From Antechinus flavipes (taxonomy: Eukaryota), in contig NC_067403.1 of assembly GCF_016432865.1 (NCBI RefSeq), positions 196,912,001 to 196,976,000 on the forward strand: a stretch of 64,000 bases of DNA, written 5' to 3'. The notes under the pieces are model-generated. The model ran no database searches, was not told the origin of the DNA, and saw nothing but the letters and a program-made list of their open reading frames with translations. The position numbers and the translations under genes are program-made. Below, in pieces: positions 62,391-64,000 of the stretch; position 1 is the stretch's first letter; every line of letters begins with the position of its first letter.

Positions 62391-62536
62391 GGACAGCTAG
62401 ATGGCACAGTGGACCCTCTGGCCCTGGAGTCAGGAGGACCACCAGTCAAATCGAGCCTCAGATGAATATTTACTAGCTGTGTGACCCTGGCTAGGTCACT
62501 TAACTCCAACTGCCTTACCAAAAAAAAAAAAAAAAT
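62391..62536 (+). mobile_element. WSINE1
   Basis: TSD agtgttt(t/a)ttaag at 62378-62390 and 62537-62549; poly-A tail. Confidence 0.85.
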
Positions 62537-62849
62537 AGTGTTTATTAAGAATTTGCTGTGATAGTTACTGAGCTATATGTTCGAGGGATAAAGAAAGGCA
62601 AAAACTGTTTTTGTTCTCAAGGAGGTTGCATTAGCTATATAACTACAAGATAAACGTAGAGACATACAAACAATAAATAGAGTAATGGTTTCATTTCTAT
62701 GTCTGTTATTGTCAAACACTATAAGGAGAACAAGTTTATCATCTGTAATATGAGGGGTAATATATACTTTACAAGATTCTGGGAAGAAAAAGACATGTAT
62801 GTGAGAATCCTTTAAAAAGTATTGGACATTGTGCAAATGTAAGATATGA

Positions 62850-63660
62850 TTGTTATTTTTTTTAAAAAAAAATCAACATTTTATTTTACCCTCAATTGCA
62901 TGTAAAAAATAATTTAAACTTTTTTGTTTTTTCAAATTTTGAGTTTCAAATTCTTTCCCTTCCTCCCTTCTTTCTTTCTCTCATTAAGAAGGTAAGCAAT
63001 AACATATCCAACATATAAAGGACTGCTTGCCATCTAGGGGAGGGGGTGGAGGGAGGGAGGGGAAAAAAATCGGAAAAGAAACGAGTGCAAGGGATAATGT
63101 TGTCAATATAAAGTAATCATTAAAAAAAAAAAAGGTAAGCAATTTGATACAGGTTATACATATGCAGTCATGCAAAACATATTTCCATGTAAGTCATATT
63201 GTGAAAAAAATACCAACAAAAAATAAGAAGAATAAAGTGAAGAAAAAGTTAGCTTTGATCTGCATTCAGAGTCTATCAATTATTTCTCTGAAGATGGGTA
63301 GAATTTTATATCATAAGTCCTTCAAAATTGTCTCAAATTATTATATTGCTAAAAATCACTAAATCATTCACAGTTGATCATCATAAAATATTGCTGTTAA
63401 CTATATATAATGTTCTCCTGCTTCTGCTCACTTCACTTTGCATCAGTTCACGGAAGTCTTTCTAGATTTTTCTGAGAGCATCTTGTCCATCATTTCTTAT
63501 GGCACAAGTATTCCATCACAATTACATATCACAATTTATTTAGTCATTCCCTGATTAATGGACATTCTCACAATTTCCAATTCTTTGCCACCACTAAAAG
63601 AATTGGTATAAATAATTTTGTACATTTAGGTCCTTTTGCCTTTTTATTTGTTTTTATCTC
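62850..63660 (-). mobile_element. L1 3' fragment (host)
   Basis: ccctcaattgcatgtaaaa...cttcactttgcatcagttca...tttagtcattccctga. Confidence 0.85.
63001..63131 (+). mobile_element. Short young-type L1 3' end nested antisense, 12-bp TSD
   Basis: TSD aaggtaagcaat at 62989-63000 and 63132-63143; poly-A tail. Confidence 0.88.
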
Positions 63661-63839
63661 CTTAAGATACAGGCATGCCCTCACTGGAAACTACTTGAAG
63701 GCAGAAATTGCATTGCCCTTTTCTTTCTATCCCCCAAGGCTTAGCCTAATGTTTGCCACGTTTTTAAGTGTTTGACAAATAATAGATAAGATGTAAAGTA
63801 TTTTGGCCGTCTTAAAAAATGTCCCTCTAAGGTAGATCA

Positions 63840-63990
63840 AGGACTCAAGCTTTTTTTATGTGTGTCATGGACCCTTTGGGCATTCTGGTAAAACCTAAGG
63901 GGACCTCTTCTCTAGGCTCATGTTTTACAGCTGACTTTCATGACTGAAGGAAATCTCAGTTAGAGGTTAATGGACAGAATCACGTGGTTG
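63840..63990. mobile_element. MER3-like remnant
   Basis: gtgtcatggaccctttgggcattctggtaaaacctaaggggacctcttctc. Confidence 0.55.
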
Positions 63991-64000
63991 TTTTCTCATC

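Overview
Mammalian nuclear DNA, almost certainly from a marsupial and probably a dasyurid such as the Tasmanian devil. The basis is WSINE1/MAR1-type SINEs, marsupial L1 3' ends, a BovB/RTE LINE and OC1-type hAT MITEs, all recognised from memory of consensus sequences rather than by a search. It is a draft assembly with five N gaps, four of them beside low-complexity repeats. The window is dominated by transposon remnants: many 5'-truncated L1s with intact target-site duplications (TSDs), plus L2, L3/CR1, MIR, one solo LTR and several hAT MITEs. I recognise no protein-coding gene, rRNA, tRNA or CRISPR array, and most entries in the ORF track are artefacts of repeats or gaps. The best-supported unusual structures are a 21-copy 66-bp minisatellite expanded inside an old L1, a 5-copy 129-bp array expanded from an L2, and a nested L1/L1/LTR/SINE cluster at 33.8-36.6 kb with fold-back potential. 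Two horizontally acquired transposon families are also present. There are a few speculative, unrecognised spliced gene models, mostly on the minus strand. I found no well-supported novel biological system; the gene models are low-confidence leads. Repeat boundaries without a TSD are approximate (about 20-50 bp).
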